Positions 1-10,714 of a stretch of DNA of 50,555 nucleotides are shown here, one piece after another. Under the pieces are notes generated by a model. The model was not told the origin of the DNA, searched no databases, and worked only from the letters and a program-made list of their open reading frames with translations. The position numbers and the translations under genes are program-made. This stretch comes from Octopus bimaculoides. Its lineage: Eukaryota. The stretch is from positions 32,309,634-32,360,188 of the forward strand of contig NC_068999.1 of assembly GCF_001194135.2 (NCBI RefSeq), given 5' to 3'. Position 1 is the first letter of the stretch, and each line of letters starts with the position of its first letter.

Positions 1-959
1 AATTATATTCTATGAATAAGGGCCATAACCCCCATGAAAATTCATATATTTTTGATGTTGATGAAATTTTAACCATACATATTACACACAAATAAAGTAA
101 TATTTCTAAAATTTCTTCTTAGAAGTTACAAAGACCCCTTCATGGGGACTTCACACCCACAATTTAGTCATTTTTCCTAAGCAAAGACGAATACAGTTGT
201 ACCATTGGTAGCTATAGGGTCACCTGAACATAACAGATGAGCATTATTTGTAATTCAACGGTACAACAGTGTAAGACTATCCTTTCAGATATACTTACAT
301 TGTGATTTCTGCAATGTGGTGCATAAATTGTCAAGTAAATGAGAGGCATCCTTGCCTCCACTGATTCATTTGCAAAGTGTTGAGTAAAGTTATTTGGTTT
401 CAAACTCCCTTTGAGTCTTCTTATTATCACTGGATCACACATAGTCCCCAGGTGGTAACATTGATTTCAAGGCTTTCCCAGATGAGTGACTGGTTATTCA
501 AAGACATTTATAGATTGTAAATTTATTCTGTCCAGTTACCTATTGGTATAGTGGTCAGTTGCAAACTCCTGAGGTGACACTTTCATTTCCCCTTAGCCCT
601 CATGTCACACAGTTGTTAATGTTTATTTCAGTTGGGTCACGCCCTTCCAATTGCTATAGATCTGTAATGCGTATGGTGAAGAATTCTACATTGGGGAGTA
701 GTAACGACTAGGGTAGGGTAGTTGACTGCTTATTGTGATCATTCGCCTTTTGGTTTCCTGTAGCTTCGCTCTCTTTTACAAACCCAGTGAACATACATAT
801 ATTTCCCATTTCAAAGAAATTTGAACAATAGATATAACACCCAAGTCAAAAAGATTCTCAACAATTCAACTTCTCTGGTTGACATTAAGACACCCACCCC
901 CAATAGGGGCCTTAACTCCCACATTTTAGAGCTCCATGACCTCCATTTTTCAGGAGCAA

Positions 960-1199
960 AATCCTTTTAACAGGTTCCATAAGACTGGAATTTTGGAATC
1001 TGCACATAAAGATCAGTAGTATGGGACACATGTGTCATGATTAGAATTTTTTTAGGGTATGTAAAGAGGGAAAGAACCCTCATCTGCAATTTTGATGAAA
1101 TTCGAATCATAGGTATTCCAGTTCACTAGAGAAAATATAACAGAAAAGTCTCATTCTGCCATTGCATGTAACTCGGGCAACGCCGGGTATCTCTGCTAG
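960..1199 (+). mobile_element. Helitron-type non-autonomous element, 3' terminal part
   Basis: Imperfect GC-rich hairpin CTCGGGC-AAC-GCCGGG (1172-1187) 8 nt before CTAG|T (1196-1200), the canonical Helitron 3' end. The 5' boundary is not determined; the element may extend to the window start. Confidence 0.6.
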
Positions 1200-1232
<33 letters not shown>

Positions 1233-1315
1233 NNNNNNNNNNNNNNNNNNNNNNNNNNNNNNNNNNNNNNNNNNNNNNNNNNNNNNNNNNNNNNNNNNNN
1301 NNNNNNNNNNNNNNN
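1233..1315. other. Assembly gap (N-run); other gaps at 3660-4008, 5108-5119, 7085-7292, 20261-20595, 26672-26763, 38559-38835
   Basis: N-runs seen directly; most abut (TA)n or (GGT)n/(AAT)n microsatellites. Confidence 0.99.
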
Positions 1316-1325
1316 ATATATAAAT

Positions 1326-1526
1326 GACAGGTTTCTTTCAGTTTTTTTTCTGCCAAATCCATATATTACATCAGGTTTCTTTTAGTTTCCACCTACTAAA
1401 TCCACTCACAAGGTTTTGGTCAATCTGAGGTTATAGCAGAAGACACGTACCCAAGGTGCTATGCAGTAGGACTGAACTGAAACCATGTGGTTGTGAAACA
1501 AACTTCTTACTACACAGTGAAACCTT
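1326..1526 (-). mobile_element. SINE family A, tRNA-derived head half
   Basis: Matches 7330-7498 (aaatccactcacaagg...tatagcagaagacac...ccaaggtg...aaccatgtggttg). Confidence 0.8.
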
Positions 1527-1660
1527 TTTTATGTTGGTTGTGATATTTCATTTATCTTGAAATTTAGATCTGGGGATCCACTGTATTGTAGCTGTTTGAA
1601 TTTGTAGTCACTTTCAGGTTCAATTTTCTGTTTCCTCCCTGTATTGTATGTTTATATTTC

Positions 1661-1991
1661 CTTTTACTTGTTTTATTTCAGTCATTGGACTATGGCTATG
1701 CTGGGACACAACCTTGAAGAGTTTAGGCAAACAGGTCAACATCAATTCTTGTTTTAAGCCTGGCACTTATTCTGACAATCTCTTTTGCTGAACCACTAAG
1801 TTATGGGAATGTAAACTGGATGCCAAGTGGCAATGGTGGACAAACAAAGCAACACATACATATATGCGTGCTTACATATATAATTCAAGGCTTTGGTCAA
1901 CCTACGTAGAAGATACATACCCAAGGTGCCACACAGTGGGACTGAACCCTGAACCATGTGGTTAGGAAGCAAGCTTCTTACCACGCAGCTA
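1661..1991 (-). mobile_element. SINE family A, decayed near-full copy
   Basis: Has both tail half (ttcagtcattggactatggctatgctgg) and head half (cccaaggtgccacacagtgggactgaacc). Confidence 0.8.
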
Positions 1992-2616
1992 TATTAATTT
2001 ATTCAATTTATTTCAATATTCCTTGCTTTTTCTGATAAGTAGTAAATATTAATAGCACTTTTTCCCTCCTGGTTTTAAATGTTTGGAGACATTATTTATC
2101 AGGTATACACAAACTGTTAAAATATCTGCTTATAGTACAGCGCTGTTAAAATTAGATTCTTATTAAGTAGATGTATTTAAAACTGTTATATCACAAAAAT
2201 ATTAAAAATATAAAATTAATGATCTAACTAAAAATAGAAGTAATATACAATAAATGTAAACATATAAATATTTATACTCACATGCATATGAACACAAGCA
2301 AACACATAAACATGCATATGTGTGAGTGCATATGTGTGTGTGTGTGTGTGTGCGCATGTGCACGCATGAATGTGTATGGACATATGTACATGTATATGTG
2401 TATGTATATGTACGATCAGCAAGAATCTCATTTTGATAGACTTATATAATAAGCAGATATTTTAAACATATTTTGAGACAGCTTATATATACACAGCAAA
2501 CAGTGTTTCTAAATGTTTAAAACGAGGAAAGGAAAAATGCTATTAATAATTGTTATTTATATTTTTAAAAAAAACAAGATCATGAATTGAATAACTAAAT
2601 AAATATGTGCATATAC

Positions 2617-2660
<44 letters not shown>

Positions 2661-2675
2661 ATATATATATGTATG

Positions 2676-2709
<34 letters not shown>

Positions 2710-3526
2710 TGTATGTGTATATATAATACACAAGGAGGGAGGGAGAGAGAGAGAGAGACCAGAGAACTGAAAGTGACTAAATGCTCATTTGTCAAAAGTT
2801 CAAATAGCGACAAAACAGGAGACCCACAGATCTAAAGTTCAGCATGGGAATAAAATAAAAATAACCAAAGCTTAAAAAGAATATACATTAAACTGACATA
2901 TTTAATGTTGACTGGAGTTTAAAATAAGAACATAGATGAGAAAACAAATGAAGACAACAGAGAAAAAAAGACAACAGAAAGGAAAGAACCTCCAGCTTAT
3001 AAAAACTCACCAGTAACTGATTTTCAACAGAGACAGTGGAATTATTTAAATGACTGGGTCACTGCAGTGTGTCAAAATATTTTCACACTTTACAATAGAA
3101 TGCACTGTTAAGAAATAAATTTTAAAATGTATATAACATTTTTCTGTATTCTGAAATTGCTAAAATGACTCTTCAGTGTAGCTGCTTATGTATATGTGTG
3201 AATGCGTATGTGTGTGTGTGTGTATGCATGTATATATGTGTGTAGGTAAGCATGTATGTACGTATAATTTTTCTTTGAGTTCAAGCTGGTTGCTCACAAA
3301 GCAACAAGGATTTTTGAGTTAAGAAAGTTCCCGGTGTTTATAAATATGTGTTTGAGTTGGTATGTTGGTTGAACTGTCAATGTATACACCCTAGTGTGTG
3401 TATCTCTTCATCTAAAGAATCTCAGATGCAGAAATTTTGGAATATCTGACAGATCTTCACTGTGCCATTAACAGATTGAATTAGGAGAATCCGCATCAGT
3501 TTCTTTCACTCTTTCTCCATTAAACC

Positions 3527-3577
<51 letters not shown>

Positions 3578-4009
3578 AAAGCACTTTTAAAAATAACTGA
3601 GTATTTGTGATAGTGTGACTCTATATTGGGAATTTTATTGTAAAGCTCAAGTTGACTTGNNNNNNNNNNNNNNNNNNNNNNNNNNNNNNNNNNNNNNNNN
3701 NNNNNNNNNNNNNNNNNNNNNNNNNNNNNNNNNNNNNNNNNNNNNNNNNNNNNNNNNNNNNNNNNNNNNNNNNNNNNNNNNNNNNNNNNNNNNNNNNNNN
3801 NNNNNNNNNNNNNNNNNNNNNNNNNNNNNNNNNNNNNNNNNNNNNNNNNNNNNNNNNNNNNNNNNNNNNNNNNNNNNNNNNNNNNNNNNNNNNNNNNNNN
3901 NNNNNNNNNNNNNNNNNNNNNNNNNNNNNNNNNNNNNNNNNNNNNNNNNNNNNNNNNNNNNNNNNNNNNNNNNNNNNNNNNNNNNNNNNNNNNNNNNNNN
4001 NNNNNNNNT

Positions 4010-4260
4010 ATATATATATATATATATATGTATATATCTATGTGTGTGTGTGTCTTTGTGTTCATCCCTCCCATCACCACTTGACAACCAGTGCTGGTGT
4101 GTTTACATCCCTGTAACTTAGCAATTTGGCAAAAGAAACCAATAGAATAAGTACTAGGCTTAAGATATAAGTCCTCAGGTTGACATGTTCGACTTAAAGC
4201 CTTTTGAGGTAATGCTCCAGCATGGCCACAGTCAAGTGACTGACACAAGTAAAAGAGTAT
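4010..4260 (+). mobile_element. SINE family A, tail half
   Basis: Reverse complement of the 6936-7084 type (ctccagcatggccacagtcaagtgactgacacaagtaaaagagt), preceded by an internal (TA)/(TG) microsatellite. Confidence 0.8.
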
Positions 4261-4387
4261 TAGAGTTGCTTAAAGTTTAATTTTGCTTAACTTGCGTGTC
4301 ACTGTTGCGCATCAGCACACATTTACGCTGTCCTTTATATCCCTCAGACTAGTGATTTTGAATTCATTTTGAGTGTAACTCATTTAT

Positions 4388-4434
4388 ATGGTGCTGATGA
4401 GCTGAAATAACAGTGAAATATCAAAATTCACCAT
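4388..4434 (+). ncRNA. Type-I minimal hammerhead ribozyme-like motif, core intact
   Basis: Stem I ATGGTG/CACCAT (6 bp), CTGATGA (4394-4400), stem II GCTG/CAGT, GAAA (4415-4418), 2-bp stem III, AUU cleavage triplet (4426-4428). Confidence 0.55.
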
Positions 4435-4780
4435 TCTCATTCACCTACAGGTGATTCATTTCACTCTGTTTTGAGGTATACAGTGTTTTTTTTTTCAACA
4501 GTTGATGTCTTAAAGGGACTTTCCCTTGACAAAACACCACAAATGAAAAGCATTTAAGCAAAACACAACAATATTATGAATTTTAATGGAAAATAAATGC
4601 TATTTGTGTCAATGCTTCTCCCTGTTTTCCCTCTTCTGTGATCATGGACTGATAGGTTCTCCTCTTTGAAGTCGTTAATTTCTGATTTTGCTGTTATGTA
4701 CAACGCCAAAAATTCCATTATGACACGGAAAGGAGGGAGGGTACATGAATTTGTTCCAAAGGCCAAATTAACTTACTTAC

Positions 4781-4816
4781 TATGAACACCAAGCAATGAC
4801 AGCTGGAATGACTAAC
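4781..4816 (-). CDS. Candidate micro-exon, product unknown
   Basis: Acceptor ttttttctcatctatgtAG and donor GTAAGT; 36 nt, open as VSHSSCHCLVFI or LVIPAVIAWCS. No homology recognised. Confidence 0.2.
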
Positions 4817-5074
4817 CTACATAGATGAGAAAAAACTTTTATTTAAAACCCTCATGCCGATATTTATTGCGACAAAGATTTTGACATCAGATAAATAATT
4901 AAGTGAAATTTTTGTGGAATTTTGAATGGTTAATATGTCTTCCATCTGTAACTGATATCTATCAATTTATCTATCTATCTATATATATATATATATATGT
5001 GTGTTTGTGTGTGCGTGTGTGTGTGTATGTATGCATAAGTGTATATGTGTGTGTATATATGTATACACACACAC

Positions 5075-5107
<33 letters not shown>

Positions 5108-5501
5108 NNNNNNNNNNNNATATATACGCACATACATATATAATGTATATATATGAGTGTGCATGTATGTATGTATGCATGTATGTTTGTATGTATCTAT
5201 GTATGTATGTATGTAAGTATGTATGTATGAATATGTGTGTGTATGTGTATACATGCATTATAGTAGAAAATACAAAGTGCAGATCTTACCATAAAATTTA
5301 AAATCAATAAATTTTAACAAAACCAAGTTAGACATTTTAAATTTGCTAGAATTTATCATCTGAAGACTTATTTATTTATCTTTATTTTATTTTCATTTTT
5401 ATTTATTTACCCTAACAGAATTCTGAATAGAAATAAGAAATTTTATTCAATAAAGAATTTGCCATAATTTTTTAATTCTATCTGTTTCCTGATTTTCTTA
5501 C

Positions 5502-5549
5502 CTGCTTCATCCTGATACTAAGTTACAAATTTTCAAAAACTACTTCTTT
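5502..5549 (-). other. Candidate exon (UTR or non-coding; ATG AAG CAG at its 3' end)
   Basis: Acceptor ttttttcaataacatttacAG and strong donor CAG|GTAAGA; all three through-frames contain stops. Confidence 0.2.
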
Positions 5550-6019
5550 CTGTAAATGTTATTGAAAAAATTATGATGGCGATGATGATGATGACGATGA
5601 TGAAGACGATGACAGCGATAACAACACCACCATCGACAACAACAACAATAATAATAATATTGTTCTTATTTGTTTTTCATCAGATATTTTGTTTTCTGCT
5701 ATAATGAGAAAAAAATGTGATTTTTTTATTTCTATTTTCAGTTAAAATATTTTGACTGCATAGTTTAACAATTGGTTCTTTACTCAAGTTACTCAAAAGC
5801 CATTGATGTGGCAGGAACCTTAAATGGATTGATTAATGTACTAGAAATAGCAGAAAAATTTTCCTCAAAACACACCCTACCATATTCTTTCTGTACACTA
5901 GCAAGTATCCCTCATGATCATCATCATCATCATGATCATCATCATCATCATCATCTTTTTAATGTCTAGATTTCCATCCTTGCTTGGGTCAGACAAAATT
6001 TGTTTTCTGAGACCCAGGA

Positions 6020-6400
6020 AAACGTGGAAGAGGGAGGTCCAGGAAGACATGGGACGAAGTATTGAAGGCTGATTTCAAAACACTGAGCCCTTACAAAGGA
6101 GATGAAAGAGGACCAAGATATGAGGCACGTTGCTGTACTCAAAAAGACCCACCCACCACAACAGAATTGGTATCCTCAAACCAAGGTGCGATGTAAAAAG
6201 CATTGGTGCTGGCACCACATAAAGAGCACTAGTGCTGGTGTCACATAAAGAGCACTGGTGCTGGTGCCACATAAAATGCACTGGCACTGGTGCCACTTAA
6301 AAAGTACTGGTGACGGTACCATGTAAAAAAACACATAGTACATTCTATAAAGTGGTTGGCATTAGGAAGATCATCATCAGTTGTACCGTAAAACATTGAT
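6020..6400 (+). mobile_element. RTE LINE 3' fragment with diverged ~26-bp repeats in the 3' UTR
   Basis: GRPGKTWDEV-type end of RT, then (ggtgccacataaagagcactggtgct)-like units; same family as 26030-26420. Confidence 0.75.
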
Positions 6401-6443
6401 ATGTTATCTTGCTCTCCACTCCGTCCCATATTCTTTTGTGATG

Positions 6444-6540
6444 ACTTGTGAAAGTTTCATATTTTTTTGTCTCTCTCTGAGCCCTTGTAGTAAATAAGGA
6501 TTATTATTATTATTATTATTAACACTGTTGTTGTTGTTTT
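6444..6540 (+). repeat. ~100-bp dispersed repeat, copy 1 (copy 2 at 7528-7620)
   Basis: Shared ttttttgtctctctctgagcccttgta.taaataa.gattatta; ends in a (TTA)n-like tail. Confidence 0.7.
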
Positions 6541-6780
6541 TTGTTTTTCTGGAGTCTATAAAATATCTCAAAAGATCTTTACTTGTGCATTTGGTTATTC
6601 ATGTTCAGAATTTTGGAGAAGTTAAGCAAACGGGATTGTGAATTGGTCAAACTCAACTTAACCAGTGATCTTTGTTTTTTGGGGGTTATATTTCATTACA
6701 TCTTGTATTAAGTGTAATGCTTTTCATATTACCTTACTTAATTTTCGGCAAATATGTGCATGTATATAGAAATACCACTG

Positions 6781-6827
<47 letters not shown>

Positions 6828-6935
6828 TTGTGTGTGAATGTCTGTCCATCTGTCCCAGTGTATGTATATATGTGTACTCTTAAAACCTTAATATGTCATT
6901 CTATATAATGTATAGCATCTTTCACCCCATCCCTT

Positions 6936-7292
6936 TCATTCTTTCATTCTTTTATTCTTTTACTTGTTTCAGTCATTTGACTGTGGCCATGCTGGAGTAC
7001 CGCCTTTAGTCAAGCAAATTGACCCCAGGACTTATTCTTTGGAAGCCTAGTACTTATTCTATTGATCTCTTATTCCGAACCGCTNNNNNNNNNNNNNNNN
7101 NNNNNNNNNNNNNNNNNNNNNNNNNNNNNNNNNNNNNNNNNNNNNNNNNNNNNNNNNNNNNNNNNNNNNNNNNNNNNNNNNNNNNNNNNNNNNNNNNNNN
7201 NNNNNNNNNNNNNNNNNNNNNNNNNNNNNNNNNNNNNNNNNNNNNNNNNNNNNNNNNNNNNNNNNNNNNNNNNNNNNNNNNNNNNNNNNNNN

Positions 7293-7334
<42 letters not shown>

Positions 7335-7498
7335 CGACGGGCTTCTTCCAGTTTCCATCTACCAAATCCACTCACAAGGCTTCGGTCAGCCCGAGGCTAT
7401 AGTAGAAGACACTTGCCCAAGGTACCATGCAGTGGGATTGAACCTGGAACCATATAGTTGGTAAGCAAGCTACTTACCACACAGCCACTCCTGCGCCT
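6936..7498 (-). mobile_element. SINE family A, best-preserved copy (internal microsatellite partly in gap)
   Basis: On the minus strand: head aggcgcaggagtggctgtgtggtaagtagcttgc with A/B-box-like motifs, cttgggcaagtgtctt core, (TA)n, then tail ending gtaaaagaataaaagaatgaaagaatg; retains CpGs. Confidence 0.9.
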
Positions 7499-7527
7499 AT
7501 TTGTAAATATTTCACAGTTCACATCTT

Positions 7528-7620
7528 TCACTTGTAAAAGTTCCACATTTTTTTGTCTCTCTCTGAGCCCTTGTAATAAATAAAGATTATTAGTATTATT
7601 AACGTTTTTGTTGTTGTTAG
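7528..7620 (+). repeat. ~100-bp dispersed repeat, copy 2
   Basis: See 6444-6540. Confidence 0.7.
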
Positions 7621-7819
7621 TGGTGGTGGTGGTGGTGGTGGTGGTGGTTGTAGTTGTAGTAGTAGTAGTAGTAGTGTCATCATCCAGGGTATTCTTCCTC
7701 TTTTTAAAGATGGTAGAGTGGGATTGGTGGAAAATTTGGCTTTTCTTCTTTTCATTAGCTTGGTCTACAGGAAGTGACTCTGTTCATGGCTTTTGCAGGT
7801 CCTCTGAGACCAGTAATTG

Positions 7820-8630
7820 TTGGTGTTCCATTTGCAGGAAAAACATGGCCAGGTTAGGAATTCCAGAGTGCTGATGTTCTATGGAAAGGAAGAATTAGGC
7901 ATAGTGGTATGAGGCCTAAGGATGACAGGGCTTGGTATGAGTGATGAGAGGAGAGGAGACGACTGTGACAGAAAAATGCTTGAATGGAGGTGATATGACA
8001 ACAACCAGCTCTGAAGAGTAGAGGCGAGAGTAATAGGAGTTGAACTTACAGAGAGAGGAAACAGCAACATGTTTGTGGGGGCCAGAAGTTCATATATCAT
8101 GGTGGATGACTTCATACAAGTCAGTCAAAAGTCTTTCATTGGAGATGATCTACAATGTCTATGTGTGTAACAGCCGCACCCTTCCAGATGTGGGGGCAGC
8201 ATTCTATTGTGCGTGAGGGATCATTCAGATTATTTTGTCAAATGTAATGCTTATTCAGTCAAATTGCTTTAAATTCAATTGCTTTGAATTAATCATGCAT
8301 TATTTTGTAGCTTTGAGACTTTGATGGTGTGACTGCTCATCTTTAGAATGACAAGCTGTGAGAGACCAGATTTAGGCCAATTTGAACCTAAAACAGTTAG
8401 AATATTTTGGCCAGATATGATTAGTCTAAATGCTAGAGGATTATAGATGGTTAGTAGTGGTTGGAAGCTGAAATAGTTTCTGGACATAAAGAAGAAAGTT
8501 AATCTTTGAGCTACAGTTTTGGTAATATTGAGAACGTGCATTCACAAAGTCTTCAGTAATAGTGAAACTGAGCATTTGCAGTAAGCTTGAGAGTTTTAGT
8601 TATGTTGCTCATGCTTCAGTGGTGGCTGGA
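7820..8630 (-). mobile_element. Decayed CR1/L2-group LINE 3' region, interrupted by a MITE
   Basis: Minus translation LRPHTTMPNSSFP*NISTLEFL resembles the post-RT RxRTxxYxNSFFPRTxxLWNxL motif of CR1-group LINEs; split by 8222-8443. Confidence 0.55.
8222..8443 (-). mobile_element. piggyBac-like MITE family 2
   Basis: Reverse complement of 28942-29136; ends cattcagat... and ...aaatgctagaggatta resemble a CCCTTTAGCATT-type TIR. Confidence 0.7.
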
Positions 8631-8684
8631 GGATAAGGTGTGATAATGTTTTGTTTTGTGTTTTTGTTGATTTTTATCATTTTT

Positions 8685-8898
8685 TACTTGTTTTAATGAT
8701 TAGACTGTGGCCATGCTTGGGTACTGCCTTGAAGTTTTTTAGTTGAATGAATCGATCCCTAAGTTTTTAAACCTGGAACTTATGCTATAAGTCTCTTTTG
8801 CCAAACCACTAAGTTATGGGGATGTAAACATACCAACATCAGTTGTCAAGCAGTGATGGGAGGACAAACACAGACACAAAGAACACATGCAAGCATAT

Positions 8899-8960
<62 letters not shown>
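8685..8960 (-). mobile_element. SINE family A, tail half
   Basis: gactgtggccatgcttgggtactgccttgaag...ccaaaccactaagttatgggg followed by (CA)n(TA)n. Confidence 0.8.
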
Positions 8961-8976
<16 letters not shown>

Positions 8977-9027
8977 CTAGAAAACTTGTGAAGTGTACAA
9001 TACATGAAAGCATTCTTCATGGTTTAC

Positions 9028-9130
9028 CTGATAGTCTTGCAAGAGTGACAGAGCTGGATCAAAGCCCTCAGGTTTGTAAATGTAAGTGATTTTCTCCAAG
9101 CATCGCTGCTTGTACTTTTTGTGTGAACTA
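9028..9130 (-). CDS. Candidate coding exon, product unknown
   Basis: ctccAG acceptor, CAG|GTAAAC donor; 103 nt open: SSHKKYKQRCLEKITYIYKPEGFDPALSLLQDYQ (phase 2 to 0). Confidence 0.25.
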
Positions 9131-9989
9131 CTGGAGCACATTTAGAGGTGAATTACTCAAAGGACTTAGGGCTGTAAGTTTTGGGTCTAAACAGTCACAT
9201 ACAGATACAATTGTTGACTTTAATAAGAGATGATACATTAATCAAATGGTTTAAGGAATTATATTATGGTATCAAAATTTTATTCCACTTCTATGGTGGT
9301 CTGATTTCCATTGCTTAGACACATATATCTTAGATATATGTAACAAGTAACACAGCATCATGACATCACAAATCTCCATAGCAACAGTAAAAAGATACAT
9401 GTTTATTGCAATTGGAAGATTGGCCAAGACTGAAGAAAATTTGGAAACAAACATTAGATAGCATGTCAGCTATTATGCTGTTGTTGTTGTTGTTGTTGAT
9501 GATGATGATGATGGTGATGGTGATGGTGATGATGATGATGATGATGATGATTGTGAGGTGGTGGTGGTGGTGGTGATTTTAATCATGATGATTTTTAAAT
9601 GTTAATCTTCATCATCCTCATCATCATCATTACTTGCATCATAGCTAACCTGGTATCTTACATAAAGTTGCTGTAATCAGCATTATCATCACCACCAACA
9701 TCATCATCACCACTACCACCACCACGACCACCATCATCATCATCATCATCTTCAGATACAGAGAATGGAACAAGCATGGAATTTTTTAATACTCTTTTGC
9801 ATATAAACTCTTCCACTTCTTTACCCCTTGCTCCCCATCCTCCTCCTTACCCTTCTATTCAAAATAATTAAAATACATTGTTTTGTCTTTTCAGGAATGT
9901 CAAGGGTGGAAAAAATAATGTATTTTCAGGAAGTTTTAATCAAAGAATTCTTGCTCTTTTTTCCTTTTCAATCCATCTTCTCTCTCACC

Positions 9990-9991
<2 letters not shown>

Positions 9992-10076
<85 letters not shown>

Positions 10077-10100
10077 TCTTCTTCTTCTTCTTCTTCTTCT
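9992..10100. repeat. Compound microsatellite (CT)n-(CTT)n
   Basis: Seen directly. Confidence 0.95.
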
Positions 10101-10604
10101 CTCTTTCTTTCTTCTCATATATATTCTAGTTTCTCTTTTCCTTTCTCACTCTCTGTCTCTTATCTCTCTCACTCACTTCTCCACACACAGAGAAACAAAC
10201 ACACACAAGACAAAAAAAACACACAAACACATGCATTAGAAACACTGTATTGAACTCTCTCTGCTATATTTAACGTCAGTTCAAATCATACAAAATTCTT
10301 CAGAACTCAAAGAACCACTTAAAAAGCAAAACAAAATTAACTTGAAAATGTGTGAAAAGAAATCCATTTTGCCATATTCTTTGCAAAGAAACAAATCACC
10401 ACTACTACTACTACTACTACTATTACTCAAAAATAATGATAATAATAAGAAGAAGAAGAAGGAGAAGGAGAAGAAGAAGAAGAAGAAGAAGAAGAAGAAT
10501 GGATTCAATGAAATACAAAGAATAGGCAATGTTACAAATACAAAATGGAGTGGGTGTCAGATGTACAATATATGAGAGGACTTATAAAGGTTTTAAAAGT
10601 ACTA

Positions 10605-10639
<35 letters not shown>

Positions 10640-10714
10640 TATGCATGAGACTAAAAACAAAGTATAACTGAAAGGAAATAAAACGTGAAATTTACTGATT
10701 AGATTTAATTAGGG

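Noticed and set aside
10281-10370. Signal-peptide-like MDFFSHIFKLILFCFLSGSLS on the minus strand
   Set aside because: Hydrophobicity reflects T-rich DNA; it stops after 28 codons and no phase-compatible next exon was found.
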